Positions 1 through 8,102 are shown, counted from the stretch's first letter. The stretch is DNA of 32,000 bases from Halomicronema hongdechloris C2206 (GCF_002075285.3 NZ_CP021983.2:4890001-4922000), one strand, 5' to 3'. Translations and numbers: made by a program. The notes: generated by a model from the letters alone, not told the origin.

Positions 1-227
1 GGTTGCGATCGCCGCGCTTGATAGAGCGCCTTCAGATTCTCAGGCGATGGTCGTTGACGTAGTCGCCCCAGAGGGGCTAGACCGGCCCTTAAGGGCCATC
101 GCGAGGCGGAAATTTCCCAGTTCTGCCGGTCGGCTTCAGTGAGGTTGCTTGGTCCCAGAATTGCAGGTGGAAAGGGTAAGGGATTACGGCGCAGATCCAA
201 AATTTTGAGTTGGGGTAACTCTTCGAG
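1..227 (-). pseudogene. Leucine-rich-repeat (LRR) protein, distal part; open to the window edge. It is separated from its 5' part by the IS66 insertion and by an in-frame TGA at 228-230.
   Basis: The minus frame reads LEELPQLKILDLRRNPLPFPPAILGPSNL..., an LRR unit. This frame is continuous with ORF 1877-2399 once the IS and one target-duplication copy are removed. Confidence 0.6.
48..98 (+). repeat. HIP1-splitting mini-hairpin element, 51-nt variant with an enlarged or nested first loop
   Basis: GCGA(44-47) | T GGTC [27 nt containing GCCCC-aga-GGGGC] GACC GGCCC TTAA GGGCC A | TCGC(99-102). Deleting 48-98 recreates GCGATCGC and keeps the LRR frame (51 = 17 codons). Confidence 0.7.
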
Positions 228-252
228 TCAATCAGGGCAAGTTTCAATTTGG

Positions 253-1876
253 GTAAACGTTCACGTGAGGCGTAAAGGAATGTGAAATCCGGCCATGGTC
301 ATCCTCTGGTAATTTAAGGAACTATGGATGAGCAATATCTCAATCAGCCAGAGGGAATTCCTTTAGAAGACTGGGAGCGCACTCCAGTCAGCGTCAAGCA
401 ACTGGTTGGCCAGTTGAGTCAGCGCCTGGTGCAGTTAGAGCATCAATACCAGGACATGCAAGCGCAGATGCAGTTGCTGCAAGAGCAACTCAACCGGAAC
501 TCAACCAACTCATCGCAACCCCCGTCATCCGACCCGCCGCAGGTCGAGCCCCGTCGTCGTCGCCGCAACCGAGGTCGAGGCCGAGGCGGTCACCCCGGCC
601 ATCCCGGCCACCATCGCCGGTTGTTTGCGCCTGAGGCGTGTGAGACTATCAGCGATCATTATCCCGAGACCTGCGCCAACTGTGGTGCGGCCTTGAGCGG
701 AGAAGACCCGAATCCCTATCGGCATCAAACCGTGGAGATGCCACCGGTCGTCCCTCAAGTGAAGGAATATCGCTTGCACCAACGGGTCTGTCCCCAGTGT
801 GGTCATCGGACTCGTGCCAAATTGCCAACCGGTGTTTCTAGTCACGTTTATGGGCCTCGAGTCGTCGCTACGGTCGGTGTGCTCAGTAGTCTGTATCGCC
901 CTCACAGCGCCTGGTGCAACAGGCCATGGCCGATTTATTCGGCCTCCCAATAGCCCTGGGCAGTGTCAATAATCTGCGCCAACAAGCCAGCGAGGCGGTG
1001 GCTGAACCGGTCGAGGTCGCCAAGACCTATGCTCGCCAACAACCGATTGTGGGCTCAGATGAAACCAGTTTTTCCCAAGGCAATGTGGATGGTCACAATC
1101 CTGAGGGACGTCAAGGTTGGCTCTGGGTGGTGGTGACGCCCTGGGTGAGCGTCTTTGAGGTGTTTCTCCATCACTCCCAACAGTCCGCCCAGGCCCTCTT
1201 AGGCGCAACGTTCGATGGCATTTTGATTTCAGATCGCCACAGCGCCTACACCTGGGTGGCCTTGGAGCGTCGGCAGCTCTGTTGGGCGCACTTGAAACGA
1301 GACTTCACCAAAATTGCCGAGCGCACAGGGGTGTCTCAAGGTTTAGGTGAGGCGCTGCTCGAGCAAGAACAGGCGTTATTTAAGCTCTGGTATCAGGTTC
1401 GAGATGGCACCTTAGCGCGTCCACAGTTTATCGAGGCGGTGAAGCCGATTCGCGAGCAGGTGAAGGCCCTGCTCACCGAAGGCGCTAGCTATGCCATCGG
1501 CCCTAAAGAGAAGACGCCGTTGGCGAAAACGGTGCGCACCTGTCAACGCTTATTAACGGTGGAACCGGCCCTCTGGCTCTTTATCACAGTGGAGGGGGTG
1601 GAACCGACTAATAATGATTCTGAGCGAGCGTTGCGACCAGCGGTCATCTGGAGAGGCATTAGTTTTGGCTCCCAGACGAAGGCCGGCAGTACCTTTGTGG
1701 CTCGAATGCTGACGGTGATAGCAACACTACGTTCTCAAAATCGCAGTATCCTCGAGTACATGACTGAGGCCTGTCGGGCAGCCCGTGAGGGGAAACCGGC
1801 TCCTTCATTATTGCCGCAAACTCCTAATACACAAGAGCGGGACTCACTTGCGGCTTAATACCCACTGGTCGATTAC
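253..1876 (+). mobile_element. IS66-family insertion sequence, single-transposase type, about 1.6 kb
   Basis: The termini are imperfect inverted repeats: GTAAACGTTCACGTG... at 253 and ...CCACTGGTCGATTAC ending at 1876 (reverse complement GTAATCGACCAGTGG). They are flanked by the 8-bp direct repeat CAATTTGG at 245-252 and 1877-1884. An 8-bp duplication is typical of IS66. Confidence 0.8.
324..1858 (+). pseudogene. IS66-family transposase (TnpC-like) split by a 1-nt frameshift near 898-913
   Basis: ORFs 324-953 and 914-1858 are two halves of one protein. The N-terminal half has a coiled coil and a CxxC...CPxCG zinc finger. The C-terminal half has DETSF, HSAYTW and CWAHLKRDF. The frames switch at ...LSSLYR / SQRLVQQAMADLFG around a CCC run. 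Confidence 0.8.
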
Positions 1877-2399
1877 CAATTTGGTTATTCTCAAGGTCTA
1901 ATTTTTCTAGCTCAATGAGCTGGCCGATGCACTCGGGTATCGTCGTGATTTGATTGCTATCGAGCCTAAGCTGAGTGAGATTGGCGATCTGGCCGAGGCT
2001 CTCGGGAATCTCAGATAAGTTAACGGCGATCGCGTTGAGTTTTGTGAGTGATTTGAGTTGAAAAATAATCTCTGGCAACTGTCCTAACGGGTTACCGCTT
2101 AGATTCAGCACTTTCAAATGCTCTAAAGCAGCCAATTCGGACGGTAAATTACTCAGGGCATTGGTTGTCAATTTTGGGGTAGGTTGCCCATCTGGAAATT
2201 CCCAAATACAAACGCTCAGGCGTTGGCGTAGCCGCTCCAAAGGAGCATCGCCAATGACATTCTCCAATTGGGGCGGCAGGCTGAAGAGCAAACCGTCGCT
2301 CAATAGGACTGTGGCAGGTGATTGATGGCTGTCGTTCGGTTGGGATTTTAGAAAACGACAAAATGGCAAGAGTTTGCGAAGTGGTAGGCCCACAGGCAT
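1877..2399 (-). pseudogene. LRR protein, N-terminal part, truncated by the IS66 insertion
   Basis: Repeated LxxLxLxxNxIxxIPExIGQL units end at ...LDLENNQI exactly at the target duplication. The ORF tail GNRPVGIKPQVSPALVY is read from IS sequence. Confidence 0.7.
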
Positions 2400-2441
2400 G
2401 AAGATAACATGAATAGCAGTGAGTTGGCTGTGCCCAGAAAG

Positions 2442-2804
2442 TCAGTCATCATCGTTGGGTTCATCCAAATGCTCTGAGGCTTCCCGATAAAGATTGAAAA
2501 TGTGCTTGTCTTTCAAGCAATAGTAAACATTGCGTCCTCGTTTGCGGTAGCTGACTAGCCGCATGGTGCGTAGCACTCGTAATTGATGGGAAACAGCGGA
2601 TTCAGTCATCTCAACCGCCTCAGCCAGTTCGCCTACCCGCAATTCCCGAGAGGCGAGTGCTGACAGAATACGCCAGCGATTCGGATCGCCCAGCACGCCA
2701 AAAAACTCGGCCATCCGCTGGGCCTTCTCAACACTCAGGATCCCACTGACGGGAGCATCGGCCCCGATCGCCTGCATCGCTTTTTCTTCAGAGTCCGACA
2801 TCAA
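2442..2804 (-). CDS. smtB: ArsR/SmtB-family zinc-sensing repressor
   Basis: Winged HTH ELAEAVEMTESAVSHQLRVLRTMRLVSYRKRGRNVYY. The C-terminal D-x-H...H-x-x-E pattern (LKDKH...EHLDE) matches the alpha5 metal site of SmtB. The gene is divergent from a metallothionein gene. Confidence 0.85.
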   Translation of the reverse strand: MMSDSEEKAMQAIGADAPVSGILSVEKAQRMAEFFGVLGDPNRWRILSALASRELRVGELAEAVEMTESAVSHQLRVLRTMRLVSYRKRGRNVYYCLKDKHIFNLYREASEHLDEPNDDD

Positions 2805-2887
2805 TCAGCCGATATCCAGCAGCAACAGCAGCACCTTTAGCGATCGCTCAACAACCCCAGCCAAAGCTAAAGATTTTATAGCTTTAA

Positions 2888-2941
2888 TACCTGAACAAGC
2901 ATTCAAGTGTTATGGTGATACCTGAACAAGTGTTCAAGTGT
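2888..2941. promoter_or_regulatory. smtB/smtA operator-promoter: two 23-nt direct repeats, each holding a TGAACA-type inverted repeat
   Basis: TACCTGAACAAGCATTCAAGTGT (2888-2910) and TACCTGAACAAGTGTTCAAGTGT (2919-2941). The second contains the perfect 6-2-6 palindrome TGAACA-AG-TGTTCA (2923-2936). This resembles the 12-2-12 operators of SmtB/CzrA-type repressors. Confidence 0.65.
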
Positions 2942-2972
2942 TTGTGTCATTCTATCGGTTTAGGATATTGCC

Positions 2973-3140
2973 ATGACGACTGTTACTCAAATGAAATGTG
3001 CCTGTGACTCTTGCCTGTGCATTGTGGACACCAGCAAGGCGGTTGAAAAAGAGGGTCACTACTATTGCAGCGAGGCCTGTGCGAATGGCCATCCTGAAGG
3101 ATCGGGGTGTGGTCATACGGGCTGTACGTGTCACAGCTAA
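2973..3140 (+). CDS. smtA: Bacterial metallothionein (SmtA/BmtA family), 55 aa
   Basis: Absent from the supplied ORF track because it is under 60 aa. ATG at 2973, TAA at 3138-3140. The translation is MTTVTQMKCACDSCLCIVDTSKAVEKEGHYYCSEACANGHPEGSGCGHTGCTCHS. It shows the SmtA Cys/His pattern KCAC..CLC...YYCSEAC..GH...GCGHTGC.CH. Confidence 0.9.
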   Translation: MTTVTQMKCACDSCLCIVDTSKAVEKEGHYYCSEACANGHPEGSGCGHTGCTCHS

Positions 3141-3183
3141 GTTTTTGGCAGGCAGCAGCGGTTGTGCTGGCTGTATAGGCTGC

Positions 3184-3795
3184 TTACGCGATCGCACGCC
3201 AGGATTGCGACAGGACTGTTCCGGCAGAACGGGCAAAAACGACGGTGAGCAGCAGACCCACTAACAAATCCGGTATGGGAGACTGGGTGAGCAACACCAG
3301 TCCCGCAGCGACCAAAACGGATGTGTTGGCAATGATGTCATTGCGGGAGCAGAGCCAAACAGAAGACATGTTCAAGTTGTCCTGGCGATGGCGGGTGAGC
3401 AGCAACAGGCAGATCAGGTTAGCCACCAGCGCCAGCAAGCCCACGAAGCCCATGATTTCTGCTGTGGGTGCAGCCTCGGTCACAAACTGGTAAACGGCAC
3501 GGGCGAAGACCGCGATCGCAAATCCAAACATAATCACACCCTTCAGCAAAGCCGCCCCAGCCTGAGCCTTAACGCTGCGGTGAATCACATAGAGGCTGGT
3601 GCCATAGACCAAAGCGTCTCCCAACATATCCAGGGAATCCCCTGTGAGGGAAAGGGAATCGGCTCGCAGCCCCGCCCCAAACTCGACGACAAACATCGCG
3701 AGATTAATCCCCAACACCGCCCAAAGCACCCGAGCCTGACGCTTTTTGAGTTGAGTCAGGGCTTCGGCCTTGTGCTGACAACAGTGATCGGCCAT
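3184..3795 (-). CDS. Cation-diffusion-facilitator-like metal transporter, membrane domain only
   Basis: It has several hydrophobic helices, the motifs DSLDMLGD and NDIIAN, and a Cys/His-rich N-terminus MADHCCQH. I chose the start at Met8 (3795) because the longer ORF start lies inside the upstream palindrome. Confidence 0.6.
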   Translation of the reverse strand: MADHCCQHKAEALTQLKKRQARVLWAVLGINLAMFVVEFGAGLRADSLSLTGDSLDMLGDALVYGTSLYVIHRSVKAQAGAALLKGVIMFGFAIAVFARAVYQFVTEAAPTAEIMGFVGLLALVANLICLLLLTRHRQDNLNMSSVWLCSRNDIIANTSVLVAAGLVLLTQSPIPDLLVGLLLTVVFARSAGTVLSQSWRAIA

Positions 3796-3810
3796 TGCTT
3801 TCACCCAAAC

Positions 3811-3830
3811 ATTCAAATGAACGTTTGAAT
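3811..3830. promoter_or_regulatory. Candidate ArsR/SmtB-type operator upstream of the CDF gene
   Basis: Inverted repeat ATTCAAA-tgaacg-TTTGAAT sits directly 5' of the CDF start. A further half-site, CATTTGAATG, lies at 3854-3863. Confidence 0.5.
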
Positions 3831-4012
3831 AAAGGATAAAACATTATGACGTCCATTTGAATGTTTTCAGGAAATCCAGCGAGGTTCGGTTACAGTGATG
3901 GGAGATTGGCGCTTCAGGATTGATACTTGTCTTTAGGGAAGAGAGCAAGGGGGTTGCAGCGCGGCGTGAATTCTCAAGAGCACGAGGTTATGATCCGTAG
4001 GGGCGTCACATT

Positions 4013-4110
4013 CTGCCTAAGTGCCCAGCCTGAGAAGTCATCAAATCCCATTGAAGGCCTTATGATATGGGTGTTTTGATGGGTTTGAAAGCCTATCGCA
4101 TTAGGTAGAA
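4013..4110 (+). mobile_element. Possible degenerate attC site at the proximal edge of island 1
   Basis: GCCTAAG...ATTAGGT termini with partial arm complementarity (CCTAA/TGC/GC-CT). Both core sites deviate from RYYYAAC/GTTRRRY. Confidence 0.3.
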
Positions 4111-4327
4111 CGATTCTTTCTAATTAGTTGTTAGCAGTCTAGATGCGGTAACCTGCAACAAGCGTTAAGGCATTGTTACTTTTCTGAGAGTAATGTCTAC
4201 ATTCCAAGATATTGTGTCTTTAGTTTCTCAGTAGTTCCCTTTACTGCTGCATGAAAGATGTTGTTTCCAGCATGACTTCATTTATATCTCAAACAGTTTA
4301 TTGATTTACAAATTCAGTTAATCACCG

Positions 4328-5161
4328 ATGAATGATCCACAGAATCACTTTGACTGGGAAAGATTTATAGGATTACTTTTAGCTATTGGTGTCGTTATAG
4401 TCTTTGTATTTTTTTTATTTCTCCCCCCAGACATAAACCAGCTCACGTTACCTATCATTAGATTTTTAGCTGCTCTTGCAGCCGGGCTTTCAGCATACTT
4501 GTTTGCAGGCAGCTTAGATTTTGTGGGTTCACTTTCTAATCGAATACAAGTTAAGGCAGCGGGGGCATTTGCTGCATTTATAGCTGTTTTCTTCCTTTTC
4601 AGCCATGGTCTTCCCCAAAATCCAGTTGTCTCTGACCCTCAAGCTCCACCTACGTCTATCCCAGAGGATCAAACACTTTCTGATTTCTCTACTTTGGAAA
4701 GTCTTCTAAGTTCCGGTAATTGGAGAGAATCAGATCGAGAAACTGGTAAAGTAATGCTTGATATTATGGGAAGGGCTCAGCAAGGAACGATAGAACCTGG
4801 TAACATATCAAGCTTTCCCTGTGAGGAATTACGAGAAATTGACTCGCTTTGGGTCAAGTATAGCAACGGGAAATTTGGTTTCAGTGTTCAAGAGGAAATA
4901 TGGGCAGGCTTAGGAAGTCCAACGGTAGTAATTCCAGGTAAGATTTCAGAACTCAATACATTCATGACATTTGTTGGTTGGGGATTTGCTGATAGCATTT
5001 TCAGCTATGAGGATTTCGATTTTGATATTGAACAAGCTCCAAAAGGGCATCTTCCAGCGTGGCTTCACGATGTTTATTGTTTTGGTGAAAGTGAGAAGTG
5101 CTTCTGGGAAGTAATTGTAGCTCCTCTAGTTCGTACAGAAATTTGTATTTCTGGTACATAG
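4328..5161 (+). CDS. Membrane-anchored GUN4-domain protein
   Basis: An N-terminal hydrophobic region is followed by GNWRESDRETGKVML...FPCEELREIDSLWVKYSNGKFGFSVQ, the GUN4 signature. The gene lies in a visibly AT-richer segment. Confidence 0.7.
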   Translation: MNDPQNHFDWERFIGLLLAIGVVIVFVFFLFLPPDINQLTLPIIRFLAALAAGLSAYLFAGSLDFVGSLSNRIQVKAAGAFAAFIAVFFLFSHGLPQNPVVSDPQAPPTSIPEDQTLSDFSTLESLLSSGNWRESDRETGKVMLDIMGRAQQGTIEPGNISSFPCEELREIDSLWVKYSNGKFGFSVQEEIWAGLGSPTVVIPGKISELNTFMTFVGWGFADSIFSYEDFDFDIEQAPKGHLPAWLHDVYCFGESEKCFWEVIVAPLVRTEICISGT

Positions 5162-5344
5162 GTTTCTATAAGTTAAGTCAGTGTAATTAAGCTTGCTTTA
5201 GATTAGGCTGAAGTATAACACCTGGCATTGACAAGTCTTTGCAGGTCTCTCAAGTCGCTGATTGATTGGTCATTCTTCAAACCTCTTATGTTCTGGAGGT
5301 TGCAGCATACTTTCTGCCGAGATGTTTGCATGGCATGCGTGAGT

Positions 5345-5375
5345 GGCTAACAACTCAGTGCGATTGCCGATCTTG
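5345..5375 (+). mobile_element. attC remnant, 5' arm only
   Basis: GGCTAACAACTCAGTGCGATTGCCGATC aligns with the 5' arms of the attC sites at 5468 and 19313. Only a short complementary stretch (GCACTG) lies downstream, and there is no GTTRRRY. Confidence 0.35.
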
Positions 5376-5467
5376 TAGAATACGTTCCCTACTATAACTT
5401 ATACTACCCCACCGATAGATTTTGGGAAATGCACTGTGCTCATAAATTATTTAAAGCAAGCGGTCGC

Positions 5468-5555
5468 CGCTAACAACGCCCATGCACGCCGACCGTCGAA
5501 AAGCTATCTATTGGATTCAAAATTAATTTGCGGCGGGTGATGGGCACCGTTAGGC
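5468..5555 (+). mobile_element. Integron-type attC recombination site, 88 nt
   Basis: 5' CGCTAACAACGCCCATGCACGCCGACCG ... GCGGCGGGTGATGGGCACCGTTAGGC 3'. The arms pair imperfectly (CTAAC/GTTAG, GCCCAT/ATGGGC, CAC, CCG, CCG) with unpaired bases. The 3' core GTTAGGC fits GTTRRRY. Confidence 0.75.
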
Positions 5556-5684
5556 CGCAAGGTTATCTTTGGAGGCGTTCATCAATCTCATCTGTTGGAA
5601 TTCAGCTGAAAACTAACTATAGAGCACTAATTTCCAGATGTCGTTGCAAGTTAAACTAGAGGTAGATAAGCAGCGTTCTCACTA

Positions 5685-5921
5685 ATGCCTACAGTTCTTC
5701 AGGTTGGTCCCTACAGTTTCATCTTTTTCAGCTCTGATAGAGGCGAACCTGCTCACATCCACGTGAAGCGTGATCGGCAGCTAGCTAAATTTTGGCTTGA
5801 TTCTGTTTCTTTAGGAAAGAATCGAGGGTTTAAGGACCACGAATTGAACGATATTTCTCGGCTGGTGGAGGAACACGAACAAATACTGTTGGAGGCTTGG
5901 CATGACTACTTTGACGCTTGA
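5685..5921 (+). CDS. DUF4160-family protein
   Basis: FFSSDRGEPAHIHVKRD...AKFWL is typical of DUF4160. It overlaps the next ORF by 20 nt. Confidence 0.65.
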   Translation: MPTVLQVGPYSFIFFSSDRGEPAHIHVKRDRQLAKFWLDSVSLGKNRGFKDHELNDISRLVEEHEQILLEAWHDYFDA

Positions 5922-6243
5922 AACAGAACCCCTTGCATTACAAGTCAGCGTGACCGATAAAAATTTAATAGTGGACTTGGTCGATGGACGCAGTTTAATA
6001 GTTCCCTTATCTTGGTATCCTCGCTTATTGCAAGCATCTCAAAAGGAACGGCAAAACTGGCAACTCTTAGGAGACGGTTATGCAATTGAGTGGGTTGATT
6101 TAGACGAACATATTGGTATTGAAGGTTTGCTAGCTGGTAGAAAAAGTGGTGAAAGCAATAATTCTTTTGAACGTTGGCTGGCGACACGAGGCACTTCTTC
6201 ACAGAATGAGCAGGCTAAAAATTCAAATGTAGCGGACAGTTAA
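5902..6243 (+). CDS. DUF2442-family protein, the usual partner of DUF4160
   Basis: LIVDLVDGRSLIVPLSWYPRLL...GYAIEWVDLDEHIGIEGLLAG matches the DUF2442 pattern. Confidence 0.65.
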   Translation: MTTLTLETEPLALQVSVTDKNLIVDLVDGRSLIVPLSWYPRLLQASQKERQNWQLLGDGYAIEWVDLDEHIGIEGLLAGRKSGESNNSFERWLATRGTSSQNEQAKNSNVADS

Positions 6244-6321
6244 GAGCCTTTGGCGTTGAGTTTAAGGTGATCTGCCGCCGCTAATTTGAGCCGTTACAGA
6301 CCTTCCCAATCCCTAAAATCC

Positions 6322-6687
6322 CTAATCCACCAACTGCTTCAGCGAATAACTGAGAATTTCGGATACCCGCCGATCGCGCAGTGAATAGTAGGCCAGCTTG
6401 CCATCATTGCGATATTTGAGAATCTTCAAGTCCCGCAGTTTGCGTAGGTGATGGGAGGCGGTCGCGACTTTAACGTCTAGCAGGGTGGCGATATCGCAGA
6501 CGCAGAGTTCCTGGTCATGGCTCAGGGCATAGAGAATTTTCAGTCGAGAGCGGTCAGCTAAGGCTCCAAAGATGATTTGGGCTATTTCCAGGGTGTCATC
6601 ACTGGGCAGCGTGTTTTGGACATGGTGAACTAACTCGGTGTTGAAGCACCGAATCTGGCAAATGTCCTTGGGCTTGGAGTTGCTCAC
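6322..6687 (-). CDS. ArsR-family metal sensor with alpha3N-type cysteines
   Basis: It has the HTH ...ATASHHLRKLRDLKILKYRNDGKLAYY and an ELCVCD motif in alpha3. N-terminal Cys10 and Cys14 (CQIRC) are present. It lacks a C-terminal His/Asp alpha5 site. Confidence 0.75.
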   Translation of the reverse strand: MSNSKPKDICQIRCFNTELVHHVQNTLPSDDTLEIAQIIFGALADRSRLKILYALSHDQELCVCDIATLLDVKVATASHHLRKLRDLKILKYRNDGKLAYYSLRDRRVSEILSYSLKQLVD

Positions 6688-6798
6688 GAGTGGATCAGGG
6701 ATTGTATGGGCTCATTATGGCCTATGGGCTGTGGTTCAGGGTGGGTGGATGGTTAGGCGAACGATAGGGTGGCTTTGGTCAGGGCAGGTACGATGCGA

Positions 6799-6824
6799 TG
6801 GCCGAAGGCCGGTCCTTTGGACCA
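6799..6824 (+). repeat. HIP1-splitting mini-hairpin element, 26 nt
   Basis: GCGA | T GGCC GAA GGCC GGTCC TTT GGACC A | TCGC. Removing it recreates GCGATCGC and extends the oxidoreductase frame to ...LACDRIVPALTKATLSFA*. Confidence 0.8.
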
Positions 6825-7821
6825 TCGCAGGCTAGTTTCCCTCCAAACAAGTTTCGGGCTACCGGGCCGATGTGCAACGCCGCCCACGGTCCCATCAAAA
6901 ACAGTTCGCAGCCCGGCCAGCGCAGGTGTTCATCCAAAACGGGCAAGCCGTTGATAGTTGCGATGGGATATTGCGCTAACACGTCCGTCAATAAGGGATG
7001 AGATCGGATATCCAGGGTCGTTCCCGTGGCGAGCCAGATGCGGTGAATCGGTTGATGGGTGATGCAATCATGCACCGAGTGGTGTCGCAGCACACCTTCC
7101 AGGCGTCCCCTTGCCACTGGGCATCCGCGACCTGACAGTGCTCGTAAAAGGTGATGTGCCCTTGCCGCTGGAGTTGCCGCAGGCGCGTCATCATCGCGGG
7201 CGTGAGCGAGCCGCCATTGCGGGCTTGCTGTACCATCTGCCAGCGGGCCTGCATATCCGCTTCCTCGTGGAAACCTTTCAGATACTTCGGCCCCAGCCAC
7301 CCCGGTTCGGCATCGAACAGCTTTTCCTGAAACGTGCGTCGCGCCATCATCACCACTTTCGCGCCGCGCTTCACAGCCCCGACCGCCAGGTGCCCGCTGG
7401 TCAAGCCACTGCCCACAATGAGCACCGTTTCACCTTTGAGTGAATTCAAGGCAGGCAGCCGGATTTGGTTGGCATGGCACAACCTTTCCGGCGGATAGGT
7501 GGCACTGATTTGCTTGCCCCAATCGGGTAGGTAGGGCTGCCCACCTCCCATGGCTAGCACGACCCGCCGCGCCAGCACCGTATTCCCTGTCGATAAAGTC
7601 AACCGAAATCGGAAAGGTCTTTTCTGCAAGGTCTCCAATCGTGTAACTGCTGCGGTCACCACATGATTTTGCAACTGCCAACGCTGCACCACCGTGTCGC
7701 AGAACTCTTGAAACAGGCGCGTGCCGGGACGGTCGTAGGGCGGGTGCAGTTTGTCATAGCGCCCTTCGGCAAAGGTGCGCAGAGCGTGGGCATTGGGGTC
7801 CGGATGATGGACGGCGGGCGA

Positions 7822-7847
7822 TGGTCGAAGACCGGTCCTTTGGACCA
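7822..7847 (+). repeat. HIP1-splitting mini-hairpin element, 26 nt
   Basis: GCGA | T GGTC GAA GACC GGTCC TTT GGACC A | TCGC. Removing it joins ...QQQFAAQEIAELR to SPAVHHPDPNAHAL... in one frame. Confidence 0.85.
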
Positions 7848-8069
7848 TCGCAGTTCGGCAATTTCTTGTGCCGCAAACTGTTGCTGCCACTGGGTCATCC
7901 AGGCACCACTGGGGTCAAATACCTGGATGCGATCGCACAGTTTCGCCTTCTTTTGCAACACATGGGTGACCAGGGTGAGGGCCTGCGGTCCGGCCCAATG
8001 ACGGCAATATCGGTCTGCGACTGAGCCATAACGGTTGACTGAGGTTGCTCAAATAGGATGCAAGCAATA

Positions 8070-8084
8070 TGATAATGATTATCG
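8070..8084. promoter_or_regulatory. Zur/Fur-type palindrome in a divergent promoter
   Basis: TGATAATGATTATCG contains the perfect 6-1-6 palindrome GATAAT-G-ATTATC. It lies between the oxidoreductase start (8029, minus) and the ORF starting at 8103 (plus). Confidence 0.7.
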
Positions 8085-8102
8085 TTACCACGTTGCAAGC
8101 CT

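Larger units (their letters stand above)
6753..8029 (-). pseudogene. FAD/NAD(P)-binding oxidoreductase, broken by two 26-nt mini-element insertions and two 1-nt frameshifts
   Basis: Four ORF fragments (7895-8140, 7656-7961, 6988-7890, 6779-7300) tile one protein. It starts MAQSQTDIAVIG(A)GPQALTL and has a second Rossmann motif, VLIVGSGLTSGHLAV. The frame breaks lie near 7990 (G run), at 7822-7847, near 7085, and at 6799-6824. Confidence 0.8.

Noticed and set aside
570-620. GGTCACCCCGGCCATCCCGGCCACCATCGCC inside the IS66 transposase, which resembles the mini-hairpin element
   Set aside because: It lacks the GCGA flank and the two-hairpin layout. It encodes a GHPGHPGHH repeat in the transposase linker.
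3887-6296. The GTTACAG heptamer (CGGTTACAG at about 3886 and CCGTTACAG at about 6288) flanking island 1, as a possible target duplication or secondary recombination site
   Set aside because: A 7-mer is expected by chance several times in 32 kb. It does not fit GTTRRRY, and nothing else supports it.
6752-6758. An isolated GTTAGGC heptamer identical to the attC core site
   Set aside because: There is no RYYYAAC partner or complementary arm within 60-140 nt on either strand. It lies in the reconstructed 3' end of the oxidoreductase gene, so a chance occurrence is likely.
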